DNA of 64,000 bases from Microcoleus sp. (GCA_042408215.1 JAYFMW010000006.1:96001-160000); one strand, 5' to 3'. Positions 8,796 to 19,532 are shown, numbered from the stretch's first letter. Notes: generated by a model not told the origin, from the sequence alone. Made by a program: numbers and translations.

Positions 8796-10640
8796 ATGCA
8801 AATTCAGTTTGATGTAGTGATTATTGGTAGTGGGGCAGGCGGTTCACCCATTGCTCATACGTTGGTGAAAGCGGGCAAATCAGTTCTTATTTTGGAAAAG
8901 GGGCCGTTGTTTAAACCGCAATATCAAACAGCAGATGGCTTGAGTGACTTTAAGCGAGATGAATTATTTGCCGATGGACCAGAAAAGCGAATTCAGTTTA
9001 AAAGCGTCGCCAACTACAACGAATCGTTTTACTCTAGTCATGTCGAGCCGGATATTAATGACGAGCCTCATATTTATCGTGGAGCTGATGGGCGAGATCG
9101 CGCCACGATTGAGGGTTATACCGCTCAAGTTGTTGGCGGTGGGACTCAGCTGTATGGAGGGGTATCGCTGCGATTTACGCCAACCGATCTGCGGCTGCAA
9201 AGTTTTAACGCAGGACGTACAGATTTGAAAGAAGATCCTAATGGAGATGTGCAGAGAGAGGCACGGGATTGGCCTGTGAGTTATGACGAGCTAGAACCCT
9301 ACTATGTAAAAGCAGAAGCCTTAGTAGGGCTAAATGGCACTGTTGAAAATCAGCTCAAGCCCTTTAGTCAAGACAGTTATCAGCCACCTCTGACTCCTAA
9401 CCCGATTAGCAGCTATGCCAAAACGGGGATGGAACAACTCGGTGCAGACCTAGGGAAGGGCAAGCCGATTAAGCCTTATCGGACACCACTAGCCGTGATT
9501 ACTCGCGATCATCCTCCCAGTGGACGCAAGGTGCCCGAGGATTTTGAGACACTCAAAACCAGTTATGTGAATCGATTTGGTTGTCCTTTAGGAGTCAAGT
9601 CGAACACCTGGGTATCCTTACTCAGTCCGATCGCCAATCAACCAAATTTTGAAATCCGCGCCAACTGCGTGGTGACCCATCTAAGTTGTCAGGGATCTCA
9701 GGTAAATCGAGTGTTCTACCGCGATCCTAGTGGTAAGGAGCGATTTGTTGAGGGCAAGGTGGTGGTGGTGGCCTGCTCGGCGATCGAATCAATCCGCTTG
9801 CTCAAGCTATCAGCACAGCTTAGTCCAGATTTTGATCGGCGCATCAATCAAAACGACTTGTTAGGAAAGCATTTTCTCACCCACTGTTTTGGCGGTGCTA
9901 GTGCGCTGATGCCTACCCGTAGCGATAAATCTCAGGCACTAGATGCAGACTGGGCGATCGATTGTTGTGCCACAGAAGGTTTTCTCAAAGATATGGGGCT
10001 GTGGGCTGGGGGGGCAATCTACAACAACACCTCCGACCAAGCTCTACCCATTTCGCTCGCACGAACCCAAGGTGCTCAAGATTTAGACACACTCTGGAAA
10101 GGCTTTATTGGTAACACAAGCTTAACTGGTCAAGCATTAGTAGACTTTTTGGATAAGCAAATCGGCAGGGGTTTATCCGTGAGTTTTATGGCTAATCAGG
10201 TGCCTCTTAAAACGAATCGGATCGAATTACATCCTTCCATTCAGGATAAATGGGGTCGTCCGGTAGCTTACATCATCAAGGAGTGGCACAGTCACGATCG
10301 CTACTTGATGGACACATTAGCCAAACAGTGCGGTCAAGTCCTGAAACTGGGTGGCGAAGGTATCGCGGGTGAGTTTCCGTTTGAGTTTTTAGGCGGAGGT
10401 GGGGTGTACCAAGCCGAGAATGCCCTAGCTCGAATTGCTAACCATATTTTAGGTGGAGCAAGGTTTGGGATTGATCGCAATGACTCGGTGCTCGATCGCA
10501 ACTGTCGAGCTTGGGATTTTGATAATCTCTACGTCACTGATGGATCGTTTATGCCCACATCTGGGGGCGCGAACCCCACTCTGACTATTCAGGCTAATGC
10601 TTTTCGCGTTGCAGACCAGATATTAACTGCCTTACCCTAA
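8796..10640 (+). CDS. GMC family FAD oxidoreductase
   Basis: IIGSGAGG FAD motif; VGGGTQLYGG; catalytic NHILGGAR and GANPTLT. Confidence 0.93.
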   Translation: MQIQFDVVIIGSGAGGSPIAHTLVKAGKSVLILEKGPLFKPQYQTADGLSDFKRDELFADGPEKRIQFKSVANYNESFYSSHVEPDINDEPHIYRGADGRDRATIEGYTAQVVGGGTQLYGGVSLRFTPTDLRLQSFNAGRTDLKEDPNGDVQREARDWPVSYDELEPYYVKAEALVGLNGTVENQLKPFSQDSYQPPLTPNPISSYAKTGMEQLGADLGKGKPIKPYRTPLAVITRDHPPSGRKVPEDFETLKTSYVNRFGCPLGVKSNTWVSLLSPIANQPNFEIRANCVVTHLSCQGSQVNRVFYRDPSGKERFVEGKVVVVACSAIESIRLLKLSAQLSPDFDRRINQNDLLGKHFLTHCFGGASALMPTRSDKSQALDADWAIDCCATEGFLKDMGLWAGGAIYNNTSDQALPISLARTQGAQDLDTLWKGFIGNTSLTGQALVDFLDKQIGRGLSVSFMANQVPLKTNRIELHPSIQDKWGRPVAYIIKEWHSHDRYLMDTLAKQCGQVLKLGGEGIAGEFPFEFLGGGGVYQAENALARIANHILGGARFGIDRNDSVLDRNCRAWDFDNLYVTDGSFMPTSGGANPTLTIQANAFRVADQILTALP

Positions 10641-10658
10641 ACCAAAGGAGATAAACTC

Positions 10659-11825
10659 ATGGATATAGCTAATCAGAAGATTGCCGATGGTAAGTTTAAT
10701 GATCGATTCACCGCGCCTTGGAATGAAATTTTTAAGGTCGTTTTTTTCCCAGACCGAATTTATCATGCGGAATATCTGAATGCAACCCGAAGTGCTCGCT
10801 ATCGTTATAACGTGCAGGAAGTTAGAAACTACCTAGATATTAATGTTATTAAGGGAGAAGTTTACCTAGACGGGCAATTTCTCACTAACTTTCTGCGATT
10901 GGAATATACATCGAAACGTCTTGTCGAGCAGGCTCGTGGAAAAAATCGGTTTATCAAGAACAGTGTAATTGCCTGGGTTAAATTGCTACCCATCAACTCT
11001 CAGAATATCGCTGAAGCTAGGGTAAAACTTAACTATTGCCCTTGGATTGATGCCTACCAAGTTGAAATTTGGGAGACTTTAGAGCCTCCAGGGACTACCC
11101 ACCACGATTTCCAAATTTTGGATCAAATGGGACGCGAAGGGTCAATTACGCGAGTAGGGGCATTTAATCCTGCACTGCGTGCAGTTAAGGCGATCAAGCA
11201 GGTAGAACTAGCGTTTAGAGAAAATGATCGGAATTTGCCCACTGGGTATCCAGTTAGCGATGACCAAGCTTGCTGGGACAATGCCTACTTGCGATCGCAC
11301 CAGGAGCCACGCACCCAAGACCCTAGCTCTTCCCAAAATACCATCTTGGATCAAAACTACCTGATCGATTTCCAGCGAGGTTGGTTTTTACAGGCATCAG
11401 ATATTTTACCCGTACGTTACCGCAATGCGATGATGGACGACACTAACCCTGACATCAAGGATGACAACATCATTGAAATGCGATGGATTATACAGCGAGA
11501 ATTGGGTGGTTCAAATATCTTTTTCCATGAGGTCACTATTCCACCAGGCACAGTAGAAGGAACTCATCAGCATATCGGTACCGAAGAACTCTACTACATC
11601 ACTCAAGGCGAGGGGATTGCATACATGCGTGTTGGTGACGATCCTGCTACAGATTCTTTCCCAACCGTCACTCGGAATGTTATGGGACTGGGCGAACGCG
11701 ACTTTAAAAAGCTTCCGGTCAAGGCAGGGAGTGTCATTTTCACTAAAAGCGGCGGAATGCATGGTATCAGCAATCCTGGTACCGAACCACTGAAATTTGT
11801 AGCGTTTTTGTATCACACTTCTTGA
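10659..11825 (+). CDS. Protein with C-terminal cupin and uncharacterised N-terminal domain
   Basis: GTHQHIGTEELYYITQGEG ... GMHGISN metal-binding cupin motifs. Confidence 0.8.
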   Translation: MDIANQKIADGKFNDRFTAPWNEIFKVVFFPDRIYHAEYLNATRSARYRYNVQEVRNYLDINVIKGEVYLDGQFLTNFLRLEYTSKRLVEQARGKNRFIKNSVIAWVKLLPINSQNIAEARVKLNYCPWIDAYQVEIWETLEPPGTTHHDFQILDQMGREGSITRVGAFNPALRAVKAIKQVELAFRENDRNLPTGYPVSDDQACWDNAYLRSHQEPRTQDPSSSQNTILDQNYLIDFQRGWFLQASDILPVRYRNAMMDDTNPDIKDDNIIEMRWIIQRELGGSNIFFHEVTIPPGTVEGTHQHIGTEELYYITQGEGIAYMRVGDDPATDSFPTVTRNVMGLGERDFKKLPVKAGSVIFTKSGGMHGISNPGTEPLKFVAFLYHTS

Positions 11826-11855
11826 CCTTATTTTCCCTTTTTACCAAGAATTACC

Positions 11856-13106
11856 ATGTTTATAGTTCACTCTGATAATGTCTTTAAAGTTGAACCAAAT
11901 ACTTCCCCAGACTACAACCGAAGTAATCCATTAATGAAACTTCTGGGACTGCTCGAAAAAGCACAACTTGCTGCCCAACGAGACTTTTACCTTGCCGATC
12001 AACTTCAGTATCTCTTTCCTTTTAAATCCCTGATTTCGTGGGGACCTCAGGGATTAGACGCTGATAATCTAACTCCTGAAAAGCAGGATAACAAAAACGA
12101 TTTTCAAAAGCAAAACGTCAAGGATTTTGAGACCACCGATACTGTGTTAATTCGGGGATTGGTCAACGTTGGTGGCTGGACGGGACCTTTTTTGCGCGTC
12201 TCCTATCGAGGCGGTCCCGATTCTAAACTTTCGGTGGCAGCTAACCACCAGCTTGGGGAAAGTATCAAACTCTTCATTAAGATTGCTGGAGTACCATCAA
12301 CCACCCTGATTACGGTGCCCTACAATCCACTTAGCGCTCGCTATGAAGTTGAATTCTGGGGCTACCCTGGTAACGACCTTAGAAGTCAGCTTGATGGGAA
12401 AAGCCTAATAGCCTTTGATCGAGGTGAACTCCAAGTACGAACAGATTTAGTCCATGGAAGCATTTCAGACTTTAGTCGAGAAAAACTTGATGGGCGTACA
12501 ATGGTCGAAGTTTCCCCTACTAATACCATGCATCCGGTTCTCCCTCTGCATATTGAGCTTGCTTGGACTACCACAGATACAAAAGTATGGGACTCGCAAG
12601 ACAGTGCTAATTACCACTATGAATTTAATATGATTTTAAGGGGGTGGGAACACTTTTTAGGAACAGGCATTAGTCCTAATCCTCATGGTGGCATTGGTTT
12701 TCTAGAATATCGTAACCTAATGTCTAACTACTTTCAGCATGCCAAAAATAATGAACTGGGACGACCACTTAACCCTTGGAGCTTCAATGCTTTTGGCTCA
12801 AAGAACCATGGTAATGGCTTCGAGCCATTTTTTGCAGTGGATTATATGGATATCCATCTACTAAAGGGTAACTGTGGAATTGGATTACACCGCCACCGCG
12901 ATAACCAAGAAGTATTTTTGATGATGGAAGGGAAGGGATTTATGGTGATCGGAGATTGGTGCAAGATGCCCGAACGCGAGCGTTGTTTTGAAATCAGAAC
13001 CCTTCGGTCTGGACATTTTGCCATGTTGAAGGGTGGCAATCTCCATGCCCTCATGAATGCAACGGATGAAGATATTTCTCTGTTCATGTTTGGAGGGTAT
13101 GACTAA
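11856..13106 (+). CDS. Second protein with C-terminal cupin and uncharacterised N-terminal domain
   Basis: IGLHRHRDNQEVFLMMEGKG ... GNLHALMN. Confidence 0.8.
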   Translation: MFIVHSDNVFKVEPNTSPDYNRSNPLMKLLGLLEKAQLAAQRDFYLADQLQYLFPFKSLISWGPQGLDADNLTPEKQDNKNDFQKQNVKDFETTDTVLIRGLVNVGGWTGPFLRVSYRGGPDSKLSVAANHQLGESIKLFIKIAGVPSTTLITVPYNPLSARYEVEFWGYPGNDLRSQLDGKSLIAFDRGELQVRTDLVHGSISDFSREKLDGRTMVEVSPTNTMHPVLPLHIELAWTTTDTKVWDSQDSANYHYEFNMILRGWEHFLGTGISPNPHGGIGFLEYRNLMSNYFQHAKNNELGRPLNPWSFNAFGSKNHGNGFEPFFAVDYMDIHLLKGNCGIGLHRHRDNQEVFLMMEGKGFMVIGDWCKMPERERCFEIRTLRSGHFAMLKGGNLHALMNATDEDISLFMFGGYD

Positions 13107-13185
13107 GCGAATTCATGTACAAATTGGACTCAGACTTTGAAACAGTGAGAGTCATTTACTAATTGCAAATAGAGAGGTATTTATT

Positions 13186-15006
13186 GTGGCTTCTTCTCAG
13201 TCCGGTATGGGAGCAATCCCTTTTTCAGGTGGTGTGGCATTTCGTGTCTGGGCACCTAACGTCGATGGTGTTAGTGTTGCAGGTGACTTTAACGGTTGGT
13301 CTTCTTCAGCTCACTCGTTAGACTCGGAAGGTAATGGATTCTGGTCTGCTGATGTACCTGTGGCAAAAATAGACCAGCAGTATAAGTTTGTTATTCATGA
13401 GGGAACTAACCCACCGATCTTTAAAAATGATCCCTATGCTAGAGATGTTGTCAGTTCAGTCGGCAACTCGATTATTGTTGATTTGAACTTTAACTGGTTA
13501 CCCACCAGTTTTTCGATGCCAACATGGAATGAATTGATTATCTATGAAATGCATGTGGGTACTTTTAATGATGATATTGACCCTGGGTTAGGAACTTTTC
13601 GGAGTATTAAGGCTAAGCTGCCTGATTTGCAGGCACTTGGAATCAATGCCATTCATGTGATGCCAGCAGCGGAGTTCCCTGGCGATTTGTCTTGGGGATA
13701 TAATCCATCCCATCCCTTTGCGATCGAGAGCGTGTTTGGTCCACCTAAAGACCTTAAGGAATTTGTCCAAACTGCTCATGATTTTGGAATTGCCATAATT
13801 ATGGATGTGGTTTTTAACCACTTCGGTGGTAATGATCTTGATTTGTGGCGATTTACAAGTTGGAACCAGAATGATAAAGGAGGCATTTACTTCTACAACG
13901 ATCGTCGAGATTTTACGCCTTGGGGACCTCGCCCCGATTACGGACGTGGAGAAGTACGCCAATACATCCGGGATAATGTTTGGATGTGGCTAGAAGAATA
14001 TCGTTGTGATGGACTGCGTTTTGATGCGACTGCCTTTATCCGCAATATTTTTGGCAACAATAATGATCCTGCCAATGATATCCCTGAAGGCTGGAACTTG
14101 ATGCAATGGCTTAACGATGAGATTAATTCTCGGCAATCTTGGAAAATTACAATTGCAGAAGACATAAGAAATAATGATTGGATCACTAAGGATGTAGGAG
14201 CAGGGGGAGCCGGCTTTGATGCCCAATGGGCAACAGAATTTGTCCGACCAATTAGAGATACACTTACCACCCCCAACGATCAAGATCGAAATATGTTTGC
14301 TGTTCGAGATGCCATTTATCATCGCTATGGCACGGATGCTTTTGAGCGAATCATTTATACTGAATCTCATGATGAAGTCGCTCGTTCGCTGAATCTACAA
14401 GAAAGACCCGACCATTATCGACTTCCAGAAGCAATCTGGCGAGGTCATGCAGATAGTTGGTTTGCTAGAAAGCGTTCAACTCTTGGGACTGCATTACTTT
14501 TTACAACTCCAGGAATCCCCATGATTTTTCAAGGGCAGGAGCTTTTAGAATGGGGAAGCTGGGATGATAAAACCCCCTTAGATTGGAGCAAAAAAAACCG
14601 ATTTAGTGGAATTTGGGATCTCTATCAGGCACTAATTCGCTTACGGCGTAACTGGTTTAACAATACTCGTGGACTTCGTGGCCAACATGTAAACGTATAC
14701 CATGTCAACAATAACGATAAAGTTATTGCTTTCCATCGTTGGGAAAATGGTGGACCGGGCGATGATGTAATTGTGGTGCTGAATTTTAGCGATCGCAATT
14801 ATAGCAGCTATACGATTGGATTCCCTCGGGGTGGAACTTGGTATATTCGTTTTAATAGCGATTGGCAAGGTTTTAGCTCAGACTTCGGAAACTTCCCAGG
14901 CTATAACACTACAGCCGATAGAGCAATATGGGGAGACACTGATGGATTAACTTTTGCAGGTAATGTAGGAATTGGTGCTTATAGTGCTCTTATACTTTCC
15001 CAGTAA
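13186..15006 (+). CDS. GH13 alpha-amylase-family enzyme with N-terminal CBM48 (branching enzyme/TreZ-like)
   Basis: FRVWAP..VSVAGDFNGW; catalytic DGLRFDA, IAED and SHDE intact; GTG start after an AGAGGT RBS. Confidence 0.9.
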   Translation: MASSQSGMGAIPFSGGVAFRVWAPNVDGVSVAGDFNGWSSSAHSLDSEGNGFWSADVPVAKIDQQYKFVIHEGTNPPIFKNDPYARDVVSSVGNSIIVDLNFNWLPTSFSMPTWNELIIYEMHVGTFNDDIDPGLGTFRSIKAKLPDLQALGINAIHVMPAAEFPGDLSWGYNPSHPFAIESVFGPPKDLKEFVQTAHDFGIAIIMDVVFNHFGGNDLDLWRFTSWNQNDKGGIYFYNDRRDFTPWGPRPDYGRGEVRQYIRDNVWMWLEEYRCDGLRFDATAFIRNIFGNNNDPANDIPEGWNLMQWLNDEINSRQSWKITIAEDIRNNDWITKDVGAGGAGFDAQWATEFVRPIRDTLTTPNDQDRNMFAVRDAIYHRYGTDAFERIIYTESHDEVARSLNLQERPDHYRLPEAIWRGHADSWFARKRSTLGTALLFTTPGIPMIFQGQELLEWGSWDDKTPLDWSKKNRFSGIWDLYQALIRLRRNWFNNTRGLRGQHVNVYHVNNNDKVIAFHRWENGGPGDDVIVVLNFSDRNYSSYTIGFPRGGTWYIRFNSDWQGFSSDFGNFPGYNTTADRAIWGDTDGLTFAGNVGIGAYSALILSQ

Positions 15007-15078
15007 TCCAATGAAACGGATAATCAAACAAATTCGGGAAATTGCCGCAAGCTAACCAGGCGTTGGAGCCGACCGATG

Positions 15079-15213
15079 ATATCAAATCCGGTAGCATCGG
15101 AATTAATATTACCCACAGCCAGGGACAAGACAGTCGTGTCCCTACAATTAATCGCGGTAGGGACACGACTGCCTTGTCACTCTATATTATTCCGGTGCAA
15201 CCGGAATTGATAT
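15079..15213. mobile_element. MITE with IS630-like TIRs
   Basis: atatcaaatccggtagcatcggaattaatat ... atattattccggtgcaaccggaattgatat match the TIR at 5065. Confidence 0.85.
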
Positions 15214-15291
15214 TACTCGATCGCGCGAATTGTTCTAGTCAAAAAATGATTGTCCGATCGCGCCGATCATTCCCCGGACTTGAGATCAACC

Positions 15292-16581
15292 CTACAAAAC
15301 CTTTGTCAAGTCTTGATAATATCGATCGGCTTCCGACCAATTCATTTTAAGTAACAATTCATCTCCCCATTGCAGTTTGAGACTAGGCTTGATTGCTTCC
15401 ACACCCAAAGCACGAATAATCTCGCTACCCACAGCTTTCGCCAATAGCGGCGGCACAGAATTTCCAACTTGTCGAAATCCATGCCATTTTGTGCGGTGAA
15501 ATCTGAACCAATCAGGGTAAGAATGCAGCCGCGCGGCTTCCCTGACAGTGATGCAGCGAGGTGTTTGCGGGTGAATTGGTCTGGGAGAAGTAAAAGCGCC
15601 TCTACCCCTGTCAGTTCCGGCTCTGAGAGTGTTGCAAACTCCTTCAGGATGCAGCTTGTAAAAACGACTGATCGGCTCCTTTTCGCCCTGTGGAGTAGCA
15701 GCAAACCTTGCCATACATTCGGGGGAGTGTTGGGTTCGCCAACTTGAGGTGAGGATGCGTCGATCGAATTCTCGATCGTAAGAATAATCATCATCCAAGT
15801 AGTCAATTTGGCGCAGGATACTGGCGTAACTGCTGGACTTTCCGTACTCGGCAATTATCGAATCCCCGTACAATAACTCGCTATAGTTGTCCACTTCTGG
15901 CAAATCTCCAATGGCATCCCAAACTGTCGGGACCGCAGGTAAATTAGGAGCTTTTTTAGGGCGTTTTAAAATTTTAGTTTTTGCCTTCGCTCTGGGTAAG
16001 AAAGTAATGGGCTGAGGGTATTTTGGCAACTCATATTTTTTCTTGCATCCTATGAGAAATAATCTTTTGCGAGCTTGGGGTACTCCGTAGTGAGCGGCGT
16101 TGAGAACCTGATATTTTTCTTCTACTTGATAGCCGGATTCTAGAAAAGAGCTAATTAAAATATTGAGTAGTTGTTTATGTTCTCCTGCTGTGATTCCCGG
16201 CACATTTTCCATTACAAAAAACTTGGGTTTTAGTTCCAAAACCAAGCGGTGAAAGTGAAAAATCAGAGAATTTCGCGGGTCATCCACATCGCGCTTGCCC
16301 ATCAGTGAAAATCCTTGACAGGGCGAACCGCTGATTACTACGTCTATTTCGCGCCTGCCGATCGCCGAATTTTTCCGAATTTCCGAGCCGGTAAGCAGTG
16401 CCACATCTTTACACAAAATAGAACACATCGGGAAATTAAACTCGTGGGTAGCACAGTGAATTGGGTCAATTTCAACAGAAGCAAGTACATCAAAACCTGC
16501 TTGTTCAAAGCCCAGAGTCATGCCGCCGGCACCAGCAAATAAATCAACAGCGATCGGTCGCTTTTTCCGATTGCTTGACAT
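15292..16581 (-). CDS. DNA (cytosine-5) methyltransferase, orphan
   Basis: DLFAGAGG, SPCQGFS, ENVPG, QARKR and QVGNSVPP motifs. Confidence 0.93.
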   Translation of the reverse strand: MSSNRKKRPIAVDLFAGAGGMTLGFEQAGFDVLASVEIDPIHCATHEFNFPMCSILCKDVALLTGSEIRKNSAIGRREIDVVISGSPCQGFSLMGKRDVDDPRNSLIFHFHRLVLELKPKFFVMENVPGITAGEHKQLLNILISSFLESGYQVEEKYQVLNAAHYGVPQARKRLFLIGCKKKYELPKYPQPITFLPRAKAKTKILKRPKKAPNLPAVPTVWDAIGDLPEVDNYSELLYGDSIIAEYGKSSSYASILRQIDYLDDDYSYDREFDRRILTSSWRTQHSPECMARFAATPQGEKEPISRFYKLHPEGVCNTLRAGTDRGRGAFTSPRPIHPQTPRCITVREAARLHSYPDWFRFHRTKWHGFRQVGNSVPPLLAKAVGSEIIRALGVEAIKPSLKLQWGDELLLKMNWSEADRYYQDLTKVL

Positions 16582-16604
16582 AACCTTTTATCACTAAATA
16601 TATT

Positions 16605-17777
16605 TTAATTTGCTCTGTTTAATTTGAGATATTTCATGATTTCTGAAGCCGCGCGATCGCAGACGCCCACTTCTCCCAAATGTTCCCGCATTTCCCGATA
16701 ACCAGCTAAAGTTTGCTGCCGTCGATCGGCATTTAACAGCAATTCTACGGCGTGGGAAACTAGATTTTCCGCAGTCGCCTCATCTTGCAGTAATTCCGGT
16801 ACGATCGACTTCATTTGCACCAAATTGGGCGGGGACATAAAAGGAATCGAAAATTTGAGGATATGGCGGGCAATCCAAGCTGTAAGTGGACTGACACGGT
16901 AGGCGACAACTTGCGGAACGTCCAGCAAAGCTATCTCCAAATTAACAGTACCAGATTTAGTAATAGCGAGATCGGCAGCAGCTAAGATTTCCAGCGTTTG
17001 ATTGTCTAAAAGGGTAGCCCGCAAGCCATAATGCTCGATCGCCCGTTCGATCGCGCCGCGGTATACTTCCAGAGCCAGCGGAATCCAGAAATGAACTTGA
17101 GGCAATTTAGCTTGAATAATTTGAGCAGCCTCAAATATGACAGGCATCAGGTAGGACAGTTCTTGGCGTCTAGAGGCGGGAATTAGGGCGATAGACACCT
17201 GTTCCGGCGTAATTCCCAAAGTTTTGCGGGCAACTTCGCGGCTGGGCGCAGACTGCATTCTATCCACCAATGGATGACCAACCCAACTGACTTGAGCGCC
17301 TTTTTTTTCAAAATAACGAGCTTCTTCGGGAAAAATTGCTAATATGCGATCGCAAATATTGACAATCAAAGAAGTATTGCGAGGAGAAAGCGACCAAACC
17401 CACTCTTGAGGAGCAATGAACCAAAGCACAGGTAGCGAAGGCAAACAGCGGCGGATGTAGCTACCAATACCAAGATTTGGAGTTAAATAATCAATCAATA
17501 CAACCGCATCGGGAGGGAATTGTTTCAAGTATTCTTTAGCTTTTTGCTGAACTTTTATAGTTGGCCAAATATACGGCAGTGATTCTATAATTCCCATCGA
17601 ACCAATGCCCACAGTATCGGCTAAAATAGTAGCGCCAGCTTCCGCCATCCGCAGGCCGCCCAATCCGACAATTTCTAACTCTAAACCAGCGGCCACAGCT
17701 TGACGTTTTAGGGCATCAACTAACAAAGCCCCTTGCAAATCGCCAGAAACCTCACCAGTGCTAATAAAAATTTTCAT
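16605..17777 (-). CDS. lpxB: Lipid-A-disaccharide synthase
   Basis: MKIFISTGEVSGD, APQEWVW, VGHPL, KSGTVNLE; lpx gene order. Confidence 0.95.
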   Translation of the reverse strand: MKIFISTGEVSGDLQGALLVDALKRQAVAAGLELEIVGLGGLRMAEAGATILADTVGIGSMGIIESLPYIWPTIKVQQKAKEYLKQFPPDAVVLIDYLTPNLGIGSYIRRCLPSLPVLWFIAPQEWVWSLSPRNTSLIVNICDRILAIFPEEARYFEKKGAQVSWVGHPLVDRMQSAPSREVARKTLGITPEQVSIALIPASRRQELSYLMPVIFEAAQIIQAKLPQVHFWIPLALEVYRGAIERAIEHYGLRATLLDNQTLEILAAADLAITKSGTVNLEIALLDVPQVVAYRVSPLTAWIARHILKFSIPFMSPPNLVQMKSIVPELLQDEATAENLVSHAVELLLNADRRQQTLAGYREMREHLGEVGVCDRAASEIMKYLKLNRAN

Positions 17778-17969
17778 AAAATCCTCAATATCCTCGGTAA
17801 GGTGCGTCATAAAAAAACTGTTTGAGCTGAGTCAAGGCTTAAAACTGACGCACCCTACAGCTTCCTTCTTTTTCTTTTTCTTCTTCTACCTCTTCCTTCG
17901 TGTCATAAGCGTCTTCGCGGTTCAATAATCCTAATTCTTCAGACCCGAAAGAAGTAATATAAGCCTCAT

Positions 17970-18764
17970 TCACTTTTTCCCAGGAATCAAGCCGCGTCGA
18001 GGTTTAGTGACAGACTCTTGTACAAATGTCCGCAGGTGCTGCAAGTGGGGGTTTTCCGGCAATAAATCCAACTGTTCCAAAGCTTGATTTAGGGTATAGC
18101 CCGATCGATATAGAATCCGAAAAGTCTTCTTCAACAGTTCTAAATCTTCTGCTGTCAAACCAGCGCGTTGCAGACCAATTTTGTTAAGCGATCGCACTCT
18201 GGAAGGATTGCCCTCGACTAACATATAAGGAGGGACATCTCGATCGATTCTGCTCAAGCCGCCCACCATAGACAAGCGGCCGATATGCACAAACTGGTGA
18301 ACCCCCAAAACACCGCTCAATCGAGCCTGAGACTCGATCTTAACGTGTCCGGCCAAAGCCACAGCATTAGCAATAATTACTTGATCGGCGATCGAACAAT
18401 TGTGACCCACATGAACATAAGCCATCAATAAATTATGATTGCCGATCGTCGTGCTTTCCCCAGGTTGAGTAGCCCGATTAATTGTCACATATTCCCGAAT
18501 CAAATTATCATCGCCAATATTCACCCTAGTTAGAGAACCCTGATACTTTAAATCTTGAGGTTCCAAACCAATAGCCGCACCGGGAAAAATTTGATTGCGA
18601 GCGCCTATTTCTGTTAGCCCATCAATAATTGCATGAGCACCAATCTTAGTTTGTGGCCCGATTTTAACTCTTTCCCCAATTACAGCATAAGCTCCCACTT
18701 CTACAGTCGAGTGAAGTTCAGCGCGGGGATGAATCACAGCAGTTGGGTGAATCAAAGTAAGCAT
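17970..18764 (-). CDS. lpxA: UDP-N-acetylglucosamine O-acyltransferase
   Basis: Hexapeptide repeats, PQDLKY, HVGHNC, VHQF. Confidence 0.96.
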   Translation of the reverse strand: MLTLIHPTAVIHPRAELHSTVEVGAYAVIGERVKIGPQTKIGAHAIIDGLTEIGARNQIFPGAAIGLEPQDLKYQGSLTRVNIGDDNLIREYVTINRATQPGESTTIGNHNLLMAYVHVGHNCSIADQVIIANAVALAGHVKIESQARLSGVLGVHQFVHIGRLSMVGGLSRIDRDVPPYMLVEGNPSRVRSLNKIGLQRAGLTAEDLELLKKTFRILYRSGYTLNQALEQLDLLPENPHLQHLRTFVQESVTKPRRGLIPGKK

Positions 18765-18769
18765 TTGTT

Positions 18770-18912
18770 ATTAGTCAGTAGTCAGTAGTCAGTAGTCATT
18801 AGTCAGTAGTCATTAGTCATTAGTCAGTAGTCAGTAGTCAGTAGTCATTAGTCAGTAGTCAGTAGTCAGTAGTCATTAGTCAGTAGTCATTAGTCAGTAG
18901 TCATTAGTCAGT
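18770..18912. repeat. STRR heptamer array (TAGTCAG/TAGTCAT)
   Basis: About 20 tandem 7-mers; a CCCAATT array follows at about 18955-19011. Confidence 0.9.
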
Positions 18913-19010
18913 TGGCTGTTATTAGCTGCTAATTAGTCATTACGAATTAGCCATGCCCAATTCCCAATTCCCACTTCCCAATTCCCAATTCCCAATTCCC
19001 AATTCCCAAT

Positions 19011-19532
19011 TTAATCTACCATCGAAAACATCAATTCCCCTTCACAAGCTTTTTGGCCGTTAACTTCAGCGCGAGCCTGCATTTTTCCGAAGCGGCGGCG
19101 TTTTACCCACAGCAATTCTACAGTCATCAGCAACTGATCTCCTGGTACAACCGGACGGCGGAACTTAACTTGATCGATCCCAGCAAACATCCACAATCCT
19201 TTGTCTATATCCGGCAATTGACTGAGAACAATACCACCAACTTGAGCCATCGCTTCTACAATCAATACTCCAGGCATAATTGGCCTTCCTGGAAAATGCC
19301 CTTGAAAATGTGGTTCGTTGAAAGTCACATTTTTAATTCCTACCGCCCGCACTCCAGGCACATAATCAATAATTTTGTCTACCAGTGCAAAAGGATAGCG
19401 GTGAGGCAATAATTTCTGAATTTCTTCCACAGTAAAAGTGGATTTAACTATTGCAGAATCCCGCTCGTTCTCGGTTTTAACGGATTCAGAATCAGCAGTA
19501 TTGATGGTGTTAACTTCAGTCAGCGTGGACAT
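19011..19532 (-). CDS. fabZ: 3-hydroxyacyl-ACP dehydratase
   Basis: [31 protein letters not shown]. Confidence 0.96.
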   Translation of the reverse strand: MSTLTEVNTINTADSESVKTENERDSAIVKSTFTVEEIQKLLPHRYPFALVDKIIDYVPGVRAVGIKNVTFNEPHFQGHFPGRPIMPGVLIVEAMAQVGGIVLSQLPDIDKGLWMFAGIDQVKFRRPVVPGDQLLMTVELLWVKRRRFGKMQARAEVNGQKACEGELMFSMVD

